A DNA stretch of 64,000 bases from Eledone cirrhosa. Taxonomy: Eukaryota. Positions 29,091 through 39,006 of this stretch are shown piece after piece. The first letter of the stretch is position 1. Every line of letters begins with the position of its first letter. The translations under genes were made by a program, and so were the position numbers. The notes beneath the pieces were generated by a model. That model searched no databases and was not told the DNA's origin. It saw only the letters and a list, made by a program, of their open reading frames with translations. The stretch is from contig OZ024744.1 in NCBI GenBank assembly GCA_964016885.1, positions 94,736,001-94,800,000 of the forward strand, given 5' to 3'.

Positions 29091-29291
29091 ATTCTTCCTC
29101 TATATCTCTTTCTTACTGCCATTCTCTCACTCTCTCACCATTCTTCTCTGGAAGAAATCTGCTGTGTTCAGACCTGGAGAAAAGAGATGGACTCCACCAG
29201 ATTTTAAAATGTCCTTCAAACGTTGTATGGCTATATGGCACTCCTACGACTCCCTCAGGAGTTATGGGCCCATACATACATACACACATAC

Positions 29292-29845
29292 ATGGTGGCT
29301 GCCAACTCGTTTTCGAGTACGGCCACTACTTCATATCCATGTAGGAGAACCCCTACTGATGCTCTGAACAAGTGTGACTTTTTAATCCAGCCAGCGACTT
29401 GAAAAATCTGGTACAAACACTGCACTTGTGACAATTATTGACACATAGTGCTGGGCCCATGGTACCATGTGACGACAAGTGCAGAGAGATCTCCAGATAT
29501 AAAGCAATGCCTGTGCCGTGAATCTTTTATAGTGAGCAAAGGCACTGCACAAAGCCAGTCCCACTCTCTTAACCAAGATGATATTTACCAAAAAGAAGAA
29601 CAAGTCAACATGATTGGATACCATCAGGGTTGCAGGTATTATATCAGAGTTTTCCTTCTCCTAGAATTCTGCCTTGACAAAGGCTAAGGGGTCATCTCTC
29701 CCGGTGATTTTGGAGGGCCATTGACTCTTAAGAGCTCCTTTGCCCTTTGACAGGTTTTGTTTTTAGTCCTGCAGGATGTCCAAAGTCACCTTCCTCACCA
29801 AGAAACCTTGGTGGGGTTGCCAGTTTAGTCGCCAATGACCCGACT
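29292..29845 (-). mobile_element. Unclassified ~600-bp interspersed repeat
   Basis: Near-identical inverted copies at 55268-55873 and 59637-60243; the spurious ORFs 29448+, 55480- and 59850- are nearly identical. Confidence 0.8.
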
Positions 29846-29894
29846 TTAGTTAGGTCTTTCCATGACATTCATACATACATACATATATACACAC

Positions 29895-30410
29895 ATGATG
29901 GCTACAAACTCTGCTAAGAGTACTGCAATTGCTTGCCAGATTACAGAGTTTGGTGCACTTTTAGGCTATGGCCAGTCACACAAACCTGTAACATATCCTG
30001 AACAAGCAATGCCTGTGCTTTGAAGGTTTTTTAAGTGTGGAAAGGCATTACACTTGACCAATCCCCTTCTCAAAAACACTACCCGAAAAGGAGAACAGGT
30101 CAACATCATCCGATGCTTCTGAAGCCGCAGATTTTTTTCCAGAGTTTCCCTCTCCTAGAAAGGTGTTGTGACAACAACTGGGCGCCTTTCACTCCCAGGT
30201 GAAAAAACAAAGTACTATTTGGATGGCCGTTGACTCTGCTGAGTTCCACTGCCCTTTGCCGGGTCTTGTATTTCCTCCCACAGGGTGTCCAAATATCACC
30301 CTCCTCACCAAGCAAGCTTGGTGGGGTTGCCAGTTTAGTCACCAATGACCCGATCATGAGACAGGTTGTACTGGGTTACATGTTAGCAGTAACACTTGAG
30401 GGCGACCTTG
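29895..30410 (-). mobile_element. Diverged relative of the same interspersed repeat
   Basis: Shares CTCCTCACCAAG...GGTGGGGTTGCCAGTTTAGTC...CATGAGACAGGTTGTACTGGG and AAGCAATGCCTGTGC with the repeat above. Confidence 0.7.
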
Positions 30411-31850
30411 TATCAAAACGTTCCATCATAATTTTATATAAGAAAATTTCTGATGAAAAAGTTTGACCTTTTACTAAATCCCTTAAATTCTTGATTATTT
30501 TCAAAATTATTTGAATATCAAAAGCAGTGCTTTTAATTAAGGTTAAATTAGAAACAATTATTAATTAAAACACTTTAGAAACCGTTTATGTCACATTTTA
30601 GATGCTAATTACTGGATGAAAATTTCCCCTCAAAAATTGGTTTTTCATTTTATCTTGTTTTCATTCATTGTCTTGTCTTCTCTTCGTTAATTTTCCTAAG
30701 TTTATCATTATTTATCTGTGATGAATGTGTTCTCTCTTCTCCCCCCATTAATGTCAATGGCTTACACTTTTTTACATGATATCTTACTTTCTTCTTCTTG
30801 CCTCTTTTCCTTCCTTTTCCTTCCCTTTTCTTCCTTTTTTTCCCTTTGTTTTTCACTCATGAGATCTTCGGGCTATAAAATCACAATACCTTTTCCCTGT
30901 CATCATGTAAAATCTGTGTATTTGTCATCGCTAAATTGCTATAAGTTACTGTTTTGTCTTATCTCTTACTCCACTACAGCGCTTTGGCTTGTGTCAGATG
31001 CTGTGACCCTGTGTGGACCTGCAGTATTGCTGTTAGGCATCGAAATTGTTAAAGTCCATCTCAATGGCTGATGACCCTGGAGTTCTGAGTCTTCTGTTTG
31101 TATTTTTATTTTCAAAAAATAATTTTTTTAAGGTTTCCCCTTAAAAAAAAATTGTTTTTTGTTTTGAAAAATCATAACTCCAAGGAAACCTCCCCTAAAA
31201 ACCTCCTTATTATTTTTTCAAGAAACCTATTCTTTGACAAATGTACCCCCCCCCAAGACCCCTTTCAATCATGTTTATAATTATATTTGTATGCTTATTT
31301 ACTTTCTTTCTTTTTTTTTTTGCTTTTATCTATAAATCCTAAACATAATTGTCAACTCTTGACACAATAGAACCCCCCCACACACACACCCCCACACACA
31401 CAAGACAAAGGAATTTAGCTACTTTCAGCTATTTTCAAAAAACCTTGAAAATAACTTGAACTTTTGACACAATAGAAAACATCCACAAACACACACACAC
31501 ACACACACACACACCTAAATGCCCCCCCCCCCCCAACACTCACTACAGAACAACAAAATGCCATCTGGACCATTATTATGAATAGAAAAGGAATTTTCTA
31601 GTGAATCAGTTTAATCCTAGCCTGTTGAACCCCACTTGCACCATCACCACCCAACCTTCATAAAGAACATATATATATAAGAAGAGATTTTGATGGAGAA
31701 TTCACATATCTTCTAACTACCTACAGAATATGAGAGCAAACTTCTTCGTTTAATATTTGATATGATTGACATGGCAGGACCCACTGGAAGGAGTGTTTGA
31801 GGACTTTGTTCTCACCACCCTTCCAGGAATAAGTTGGTAGCAGCAGCAGT

Positions 31851-31979
31851 GAAGAAGAAGAAGAAGAAAGAAAAGAAGAAGAAAGAAGAAGAAAGAAGAA
31901 GAAGAAGAAGAAGAAGAAGAAGAAGAAGAAGAAGAAGAAGAAGAAGAAGAAGAAGAAGAAAGAATAATAATAATAATAA
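31851..31979. repeat. (GAA)n-(TAA)n compound microsatellite
   Basis: Directly visible. Confidence 0.95.
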
Positions 31980-32148
31980 GTGTTTCTACTTTAGGCACAA
32001 GGCCAGCAATTACCCAGTACATTACTGGTACTTTATTTTATCGACCCCGTAAGGATGAAAGGCAAAATCAGCCTCAATAATAATAATAATAATTGTTTCT
32101 ACTTTAGGCACAAGGCCAGCAATTACCCAATGCATTACTGGTACTTTA
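31964..32148 (-). mobile_element. Two truncated SINE 3' ends
   Basis: (AAT)n-TGTTTCTACTTTAGGCACAAGGCCAGCAATTACCC occurs twice. Confidence 0.8.
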
Positions 32149-33176
32149 CTCTACTTAAGGAGATCTGAAGGTGGAAGAGGTCTTATCAGCATAGAGGACT
32201 GTGTTCAGATGGAGAAAAACAACCTACACAAATACGTGACTGATAGTAGGGAGCCAATGCTCAGAATTGTACTGAAGGAGAGGACAATAGACCAGGGGAT
32301 GTCCAAGGAGGAAATAACAACAAGGAGAAAGAGCAGCCTTCATGAAAAATCCCTTCATAGTACCTTCTTTGAGAAAACTGAATTCAGAGACCCACAGACA
32401 TGGAACTGGTTGAAAAGAGGAGACCTTAAAAAGGCTACAGAAGGAATGTTAATGGCTGCGCAGGAGCAGGCCCTCAAAACGAAGTGGTTGAAACACCATA
32501 TTTACAGGGAGGAGGCTAGCCCACTGTGCAGGATCTGTGGAGAGAGAGAGGAGACTGTGGCTCACATTGTATCTGAGTGTAAACACCTAGCCCAGACTCA
32601 CTATAAGGGCTGGTGACATGATGTGATGGGCAGGGTGATCCACTGGCACCTATGCAAAGTAAACAATTTACCACATTCTGAGAAGTGGTATGAACATAAG
32701 CCAGAGTCGGTGATGGAAAATGATCAGGTGAAGGTGCTGTGGGATTTTAGGATACAGACGGACAAGAAACTGGAACACAATAGACCTGACCTGGTGGTTT
32801 TGGACAAGGAAAAAAGATCGTGCCTGATTGTGGATGTGGCCTGCCCATTCGACACGAGAGTGCAAGAGAAGGAGAGGGAGAAAATTAACCGATACCAGGA
32901 CTTAAAATGGGAGGTAAAAAGGATTTGGAACTGCCATGAAGTCAAAGTGGTCCCGATTGTCATAGGCGCACTAGGTACTATCTCAAAAAGTTTCCAGGGA
33001 TGGTTAAAGAAAATTGGCCCCGCCACGCTTTTTGGAACGCTTTAAAAGGCATGCTTGCTGGGAACAGCAAGAACCCTCCGATACGTCCTGAATATCTGAG
33101 GCTGCAGGTATTGGCTTGATATTCATTTCAACAAACTTTCCAGTTAACTAACATCAATGACTGAGACTCAAAGAAC
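32149..33176 (+). mobile_element. 5'-truncated RLE-type non-LTR retrotransposon, R4/Dong-like (pseudogene)
   Basis: LYLRRSEGGRGL at the 5' junction, AAQEQAL, CCHC knuckle CRICGEREETVAHIVSEC, a stop at the RHD position, RPDLVV...IVDV...K..RY restriction-like endonuclease, VPIVIGALG, then a short 3' UTR into (AAT)n. Confidence 0.9.
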
Positions 33177-33367
33177 AATAATAATAATAATTGTTTCTAC
33201 TTTAGGCACAAGGCCAGCAATTACCCAGTGCATTACTGGTACTTTATTTTATCGACCCCGTAAGGATGAAAGGCAAAGTCAACCTCGGCGGGATTTGAAC
33301 TCAGATCGTAAAGGGACGTAACTATGCTGGAAAGCATGGCGTCCGACCCTCTACCGATACTGCCAAT
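33177..33367 (-). mobile_element. Near full-length tRNA-derived SINE
   Basis: Reverse complement carries the A box, B box, central domain and (ATT)n tail. Confidence 0.88.
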
Positions 33368-33390
33368 AATAATAATAATAATAAATAATA

Positions 33391-33780
33391 GACAAGAATG
33401 TATCTATAAAAACATTTGAAAAATTGAGCAAGTATAAGGACCTGGAGATAGAAATTGGAAAAATGTGGAAATTGAGAACTAAAACAATACCAGTGGTTGT
33501 AGGCGCTCTAGGAATGATACCTAAGGGGTCTAATGATAACTTATCGCAAATCCCAGGAAACCCGCGTATAAGAGAAATACAAAAGATAGTACTAATGGGA
33601 ACTGCCCATATACTAAGGAAGATTCTGTCAATATAAGTACATCACAAGTCTAAACACCTAAAGATGCATGTGTGTGTGTGTATGTTCTTTCTTGAACATG
33701 GCGGACCTTGTTGTCTCTTGAGGTCACTGGTTGTGACTTGGTGATAACTCGTATGAACATAAAACAAGATAAATGCAGCT

Positions 33781-33782
<2 letters not shown>
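33391..33782 (+). mobile_element. 3' end of a second R4/Dong-like RLE retrotransposon family
   Basis: EKLSKYKDLEIEIGKMWKLRTKTIPVVVGALGMIPK...GTAHILRKILSI*; flanked on both sides by (AAT)n/(TAA)n. Confidence 0.85.
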
Positions 33783-33857
<75 letters not shown>

Positions 33858-33936
33858 AAGAAGAAGAAAAAAGAAAAAAGAAAAAAGAAAAAAGAAAAAA
33901 GAAAAAAGAAAAAAGAAAAAAGAAAAAGAAGAAGAA
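33782..33936. repeat. (TAA)n-(GAA)n-(GAAAAAA)n compound microsatellite
   Basis: Directly visible. Confidence 0.95.
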
Positions 33937-34041
33937 GGCACACAAATTGAAACAGGTAATATTTGACAAAATTTAAATACTTTTAATGTAATAATTATAA
34001 AAATATTCATTCTGTCTGATTAAAGAAAAAATAGTCTTTAA

Positions 34042-34262
34042 CCATTTACCATTTTCATTACTCTATATTTATTATTGTATTTTCATGGTAAAGGTTTTAT
34101 CTCACATAATTATCTCACATAAAATTGAATCTATGATATTTTAATGTTATTTATTTTGAGAATAACACCTTAAAGTCAGTATGAGCGGCTGGTTACAACC
34201 AGTTTGAACAGAGAGAGTTGAGAGAATTCTGGCCAGATATGGCTGGTTTAAATGCTAAAGGG
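34042..34262. mobile_element. piggyBac-type MITE
   Basis: TTAA flanks; ends CCATTTACCATTT and AAATGCTAAAGGG; homologous to 42407-42626. Confidence 0.75.
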
Positions 34263-34881
34263 TTAAATATACTTCTGTGCTTTGTCATTTTAATTTTTTG
34301 CTTATATATATATATATATATGAATATACAGTCATCACATTGCAGATAACTATAAATAATAGTTGAATAAATAAAATAAAATAGCCCTTGACCATGTGGC
34401 ACAATGGTTAAACATGTTCACTTGGCATACGGGAGATATGTAGTTTGATTCTCTAATCATCTCTGTCCACTTTTTTCTGTCTCCTGGGTTCTTTGCTCAA
34501 TTTATTAATATATTATCTATAGATGTCAACTATTATTATAGCTATCTGCACTGTGGCAACTGAATTTTCAAATTTCAAATTTCCCAAATTTCATAAGCCC
34601 AACAAATGATGTTTATAAATATATATATCTTTATCACAATTTTTTTTCCTCAGCATACACAAAGTACTGTATTTCTTAACAAAACGTTAGTAACTTAAAT
34701 TCGGGTTACAATTTGTTACTCAGGGGATTTACAATACTTTTGTTCTCATATTGGGTCGTCAAGTATGAAATTTGTAGAAAATTGTAGAAAAAAACAATTT
34801 CTACAAATTTCATACTTCATGACCCAATAATAACTAGCAACAGCAAAGAATAAATACAAGTTATCATTTGTTTCCTACATA

Positions 34882-36070
34882 GTAAAGTGGTCATGTAGGT
34901 GTCATGACAAAAAACACATCCCACACAGTAAACTGACTTGTGTAGGTGTCACAACAAAAAGCACCCAGTCCACACTGTAAAGTGGTCATGTAGGTGTCAC
35001 GACAAAAAGCACCCAGTCCGCTCTGTAAAGTGGTCATGTAGGTGTCACGACAAAAAGCACCCAGTCCACACTGTAAAGTGGTCATGTAGGTGTCACGACA
35101 AAAAATACCCATCTCACACAGTAAACTGACTGTGTAGGTGTCACGACAAAGAGCACCCAATCCACTCTGTAAAGTGGTCATGTCGGTGTCACGACAAAAA
35201 GCACCCAGTCCGCTCTGTAAAGTGGTCATGTAGGTGTCACGACAAAAAGCACCCAGTCCACACTGTAAAGTGGTCATGTAGGTGTCACAACAAAAAATAC
35301 CCATCTCACACAGTAAACTGACTGTGTAGGTGTCACGACAAAAAGCACCCAATCCACTCTGTAAAGTGGTCATGTCGGTGTCACGACAAAAAGCACCCAG
35401 TCCACACTGTAAAGTGGTCATGTAGGTGTCACGACAAAAAACACCCATCCCACACAGCAAACTGACTGTGTAGGTGTCACGACAAAAAGCACCCAATCCA
35501 CTCTGTAAAGTGGTCATGTGGGTGTCACGACAAAAAGCACCCAGTCCACACTGTAAAGTAGTCATGTAGGTGTCACGACAAAAAACACCCACCCCACACA
35601 GTAAACTGACTGTGTAGGTGTCACGACAAAAAGCACCCAGTCCACACTGTAAAGTGGTCATGTAGGTGTCACGACAAAAAGCACCCAGTCCACACTGTAA
35701 AGTGGTCATGTAGGTGTCACGACAAAAAGCACCCAGTCCACACTGTAAAGTGGTCATGTAGGTGTCACGACAAAAAACACCCATCCCACACTGTAAAGTG
35801 GTCATGTAGGTGTCAGGACAAAAAGCACCCAGTCCACTCTGTAAAGTGGTCATGATAAAAAGCACCCAGTCCACAGGTGTCACGACAAAAAACACCCATC
35901 CCACACAGTAAAGTGGTCATGTAGGTGTCATGACAAAAAGCACCCAGTCCACAGGTGTCACGACAAAAAACACCCATCCCACACTGTAAAGTGATCATGT
36001 AGGTGTCATGACAAAAAGCACCTAGCTCACACAGTAAAGTGGTCATGTAGGTGTCATGACAAAAAGCATC
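34882..36070. repeat. 48-bp minisatellite derived from the RTE/SINE 3' UTR subrepeat
   Basis: Unit AAGTGGTCATGTAGGTGTCACGACAAAAAGCACCCAGTCCACACTGTA; gives the 16-aa periodic ORF 34891-35904(-). Confidence 0.95.
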
Positions 36071-36238
36071 ACTGTAGATGTGGTTGCCTTTAGGAAGGGT
36101 TTCCAACTGTAGAAACCAAGCCAGAATAAGTTCTGTATGAATAAGACACAGTCACCTGACCTGGCATTGCTCATAACAGGACAACTTGTCTAACCCATGC
36201 TAGCGTTGAAAAATGGATGTTAAACGGTGATGATGATA
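36071..36238 (+). mobile_element. RTE/SINE 3' tail continuing from the minisatellite
   Basis: GGTTGCCTTTAGGAAGGGTTTCCAACTGTAGAAACCAAGCC...AACCCATGCTAGCG...GTTAAACGGTGATGATGAT aligns with 28583-28750. Confidence 0.85.
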
Positions 36239-36439
36239 ATACCAGAAGATAGCTCTCTACGGGACTAAGTGGTACCATATTGAAAATTATAGTCTTTAGT
36301 TTAGTGCAAATTTTCTCAACAATCTGGCTACTAGTAAAGATACTATAAACATTTGAATTAACAAAGTACGTGGAACCACATTAGCAAGACATTCTTCAAA
36401 AGTACAAAACAACACCATGACTGCATCACATGACCAAAT

Positions 36440-36752
36440 GCTGGGATAATTGCTGGCCTTGTGCTAAAAGTAGAAACAATTATTGTACCAGCTCTGAGTT
36501 CAAATCCCGCCGAGGTTAACTTTGCCTTTCATCCTTACGGGGTCGATAAAATAAAGTACCAGTAATGTACTGGGATAATTGTTGGCCTTGTGCTAAAAGT
36601 AGAAACAATTATTGTACAAGCTCTGAGTTCAAATCCCGTCGAGGTTAACTTTACCTCACATCCTTACAGGGTCGATAAAATAAAGTACCAGTAATGTACT
36701 GGGTAATTGCTGGCCTTGTGCCAAAAAGTAGAAACAATTATTGTTCCAGCTC
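36440..36752 (+). mobile_element. Three tandem truncated SINE copies (~129-bp period)
   Basis: GTAGAAACAATTATTGT.C.AGCTC occurs three times, separated by B-box-to-tail SINE segments. Confidence 0.85.
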
Positions 36753-37064
36753 CAGCAATCTTTGCATTTAATGCAGCTTCTCGCCTGCCATCACTTATTA
36801 AAAATGATCACAAGACACTTGAACTTCTGCACTTGCCTCAGTGTGGCTCCTCTCACATATAGAGTGTACTGTACAGGTTTTCCCAAGAAGACCTTTTATT
36901 AAAAACATTTGTGAAACTACAAATCAGTTTAAGAGCTGGCAAGGTCAGATTTGTCTGTGATTTTTGTATTGTTTGTAATTTTAATCTCGATTCTTATTGT
37001 AACCCTAATCTCCATTTGTCCTCCTTTCTTTCTTCTTATCACTTCTACGCGCCAATGCACTTCT

Positions 37065-37702
37065 CCTTTTCACCTCCTCTTTCAATCATCTCTATATTTC
37101 ATCTACCTGTCACCCACCTCACAACTTCTCTCTTTACTGACCACTGACCACTGATTTGTCCTCTGAGGTATTTTTACCCCTTCTTCTTCTCTCTCAATCA
37201 TCTCTATATTTCATCTGCCTGTCACCTACCTCAAAACTTTACTTCTCTCTTTACTGACCACTGGTCACTGATTTCTGTCATTAGAGGTATTTTTACCCCT
37301 CCTCAGACCTGGCAACGTTCCCCGTCGGACAGAGAGATCTCCCACCCACTTTGATGTGGGTGAGAGATGTCTTTTCTTGTGAAAATGAGTATAGCTTTCA
37401 TTATGTAAAATCTCCCTATTTTGCCTCATTTCTCCCTGTTCTGGGGCACTTTTTTTCAATTTACTCCTTGTTTAGGTTTTTAGGGGTTGACAGTTCTGCC
37501 TCCTTCTCCTCTTCTCAATCATCTACCTGTCACCCACCTCACAACTTCTCACTTTACTGACCACTGCTTCTTGTCCTCTGAGCTATTTTACCCCTCTCTC
37601 AATCATCTCTATATTTCATCTACCTGTCACCCAACTCAAAGCTTTACTTCTCTCTTTACTGACCACTGGTCACTGATTTCTGACCTTCGAGGTATTTACC
37701 CA
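37065..37702. repeat. Degenerate ~100-120-bp tandem repeat interrupted by a MITE
   Basis: CAATCATCTCTATATTTCATCTACCTGTCACC...CTCTCTTTACTGACCACTG is repeated about four times. Confidence 0.75.
37304..37498. mobile_element. hAT-like MITE (CAGACCTG(C)CAAC termini)
   Basis: CAGACCTGGCAAC...GTTGACAGTTCTG; related copies at 44030-44226 (inverted) and 47218-47382. Confidence 0.7.
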
Positions 37703-38029
37703 ACTTACATGCTCTCATCATTGACACAATCGACTGTTTTAACAGCTATTCCTTGCATTCAAGTTTTTAAATTATTTCTATGAATTTTTACTATTTTATC
37801 AGGCTGTACTGCCATCTTTCACCAATTTTAACCTGTTTTTATAAAAAGAAGACTCGTTCAGACAGTTAAAAACATTTCTTTTATGTTAAATTTATAAAAT
37901 TAGAAGATATTCTAAATAAAAGTCATGACTGAGAGAAGACGATATTAAAAATTTAGAAAATCATCTTATTCATATCTGAGTATTCATATCAACGTATTCA
38001 TATCTGAGCTTGATCAACTATAATATATA

Positions 38030-38137
38030 AATAATTGTTTCTACTTTTGGGACAAGGCCAGCAATTACCCAGTGTATTACTGCTACTTTATTTTATTGAC
38101 CCCGTAAGGATGAAAGGCAAAGTTAACCTCGGCGGGT
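38030..38137 (-). mobile_element. Truncated tRNA-derived SINE
   Basis: AATAATTGTTTCTACTTTTGGGACAAGGCCAGC...GGATGAAAGGCAAAGTTAACCTCGGCGGG. Confidence 0.8.
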
Positions 38138-38441
38138 TGATCAAGCTCAGATATGAATATGTTGTATTATAACAGCTTAGTCTTCGTCAACATACAAAAC
38201 ATAAACATACACATACCGACCATAATTAAATACGGAATGATACGCGATGGGGCCCCCACACAGCCCCGGCGGTCAGAATGGAGAAGGCGTTTCCCCGGAG
38301 GATGGCAAGGGAGACGCGCTGGAAAAGCCACTCCAACTAACGGGGCTCACACCTGCGGCTGGCCAGCTCAGCGCCTATGGTGGTGAGTAGGGAGGTAGCC
38401 CTAAGGCCAAGGACACCGGAAGTCTCCACTGCCAGGGGTAC

Positions 38442-38962
38442 ATTATCTCACAAAATATAAAATCTATGAGATTTTGATGTTATTTATTTGGAGTAAGACT
38501 CTCAAATGCCCTGATCTGTCGGCCAGCTACATTTTTCAGCCTGTGGCTTTCGAGACGTTTGGGGGGAGTTGAGCTGCTGACTGTGAGGTTCCTCTCTTCA
38601 CTGGCGACTCGCCTAATAGAGGTAACTGGAGAATCTCGTGAGGGCGCTTGGTTGTTCCAGTTCATTAGCTTTGCCATCACCTCAGACAATGCTGCGAGTG
38701 TGCTGGCTTGCCTAAAAAATCATTAGAGAGGTGGCCCAGTACTTCTTGCGACACTGCTGTCTTTTGCTCTGGTGTTGGCTCAGTTGTTCACCCCTTCCTT
38801 TATATTTTTTTAAATATTGCAACATTAAAGGAATATATACAACTGAAAGAATCGTGAACAATACCTTAACATCAGTATGAACAGTCGGTTACAGCCAGTT
38901 TGAACAGAAAGAGGTGAGAGAATTCGGGCTGGATATGGCCGGTTTAAATGCTGAAGGATTAA
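38442..38962. mobile_element. Partial piggyBac-type MITE split by a ~360-bp insert
   Basis: 38442-38497 and 38859-38962 match contiguous parts of 42407-42626. Confidence 0.65.
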
Positions 38963-39006
38963 GGATGGTATCGTTTATTATTCTGCCTATCAACCACCTT
39001 GTGGGT

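Noticed and set aside
31750-34010. Poly-S/R/K/F/N ORFs
   Set aside because: Translations of GAA/TAA microsatellites.
34891-35904. 337-aa Cys-rich protein gene
   Set aside because: Explained by a stop-free 48-bp unit derived from a retroelement UTR; no splice or expression evidence.
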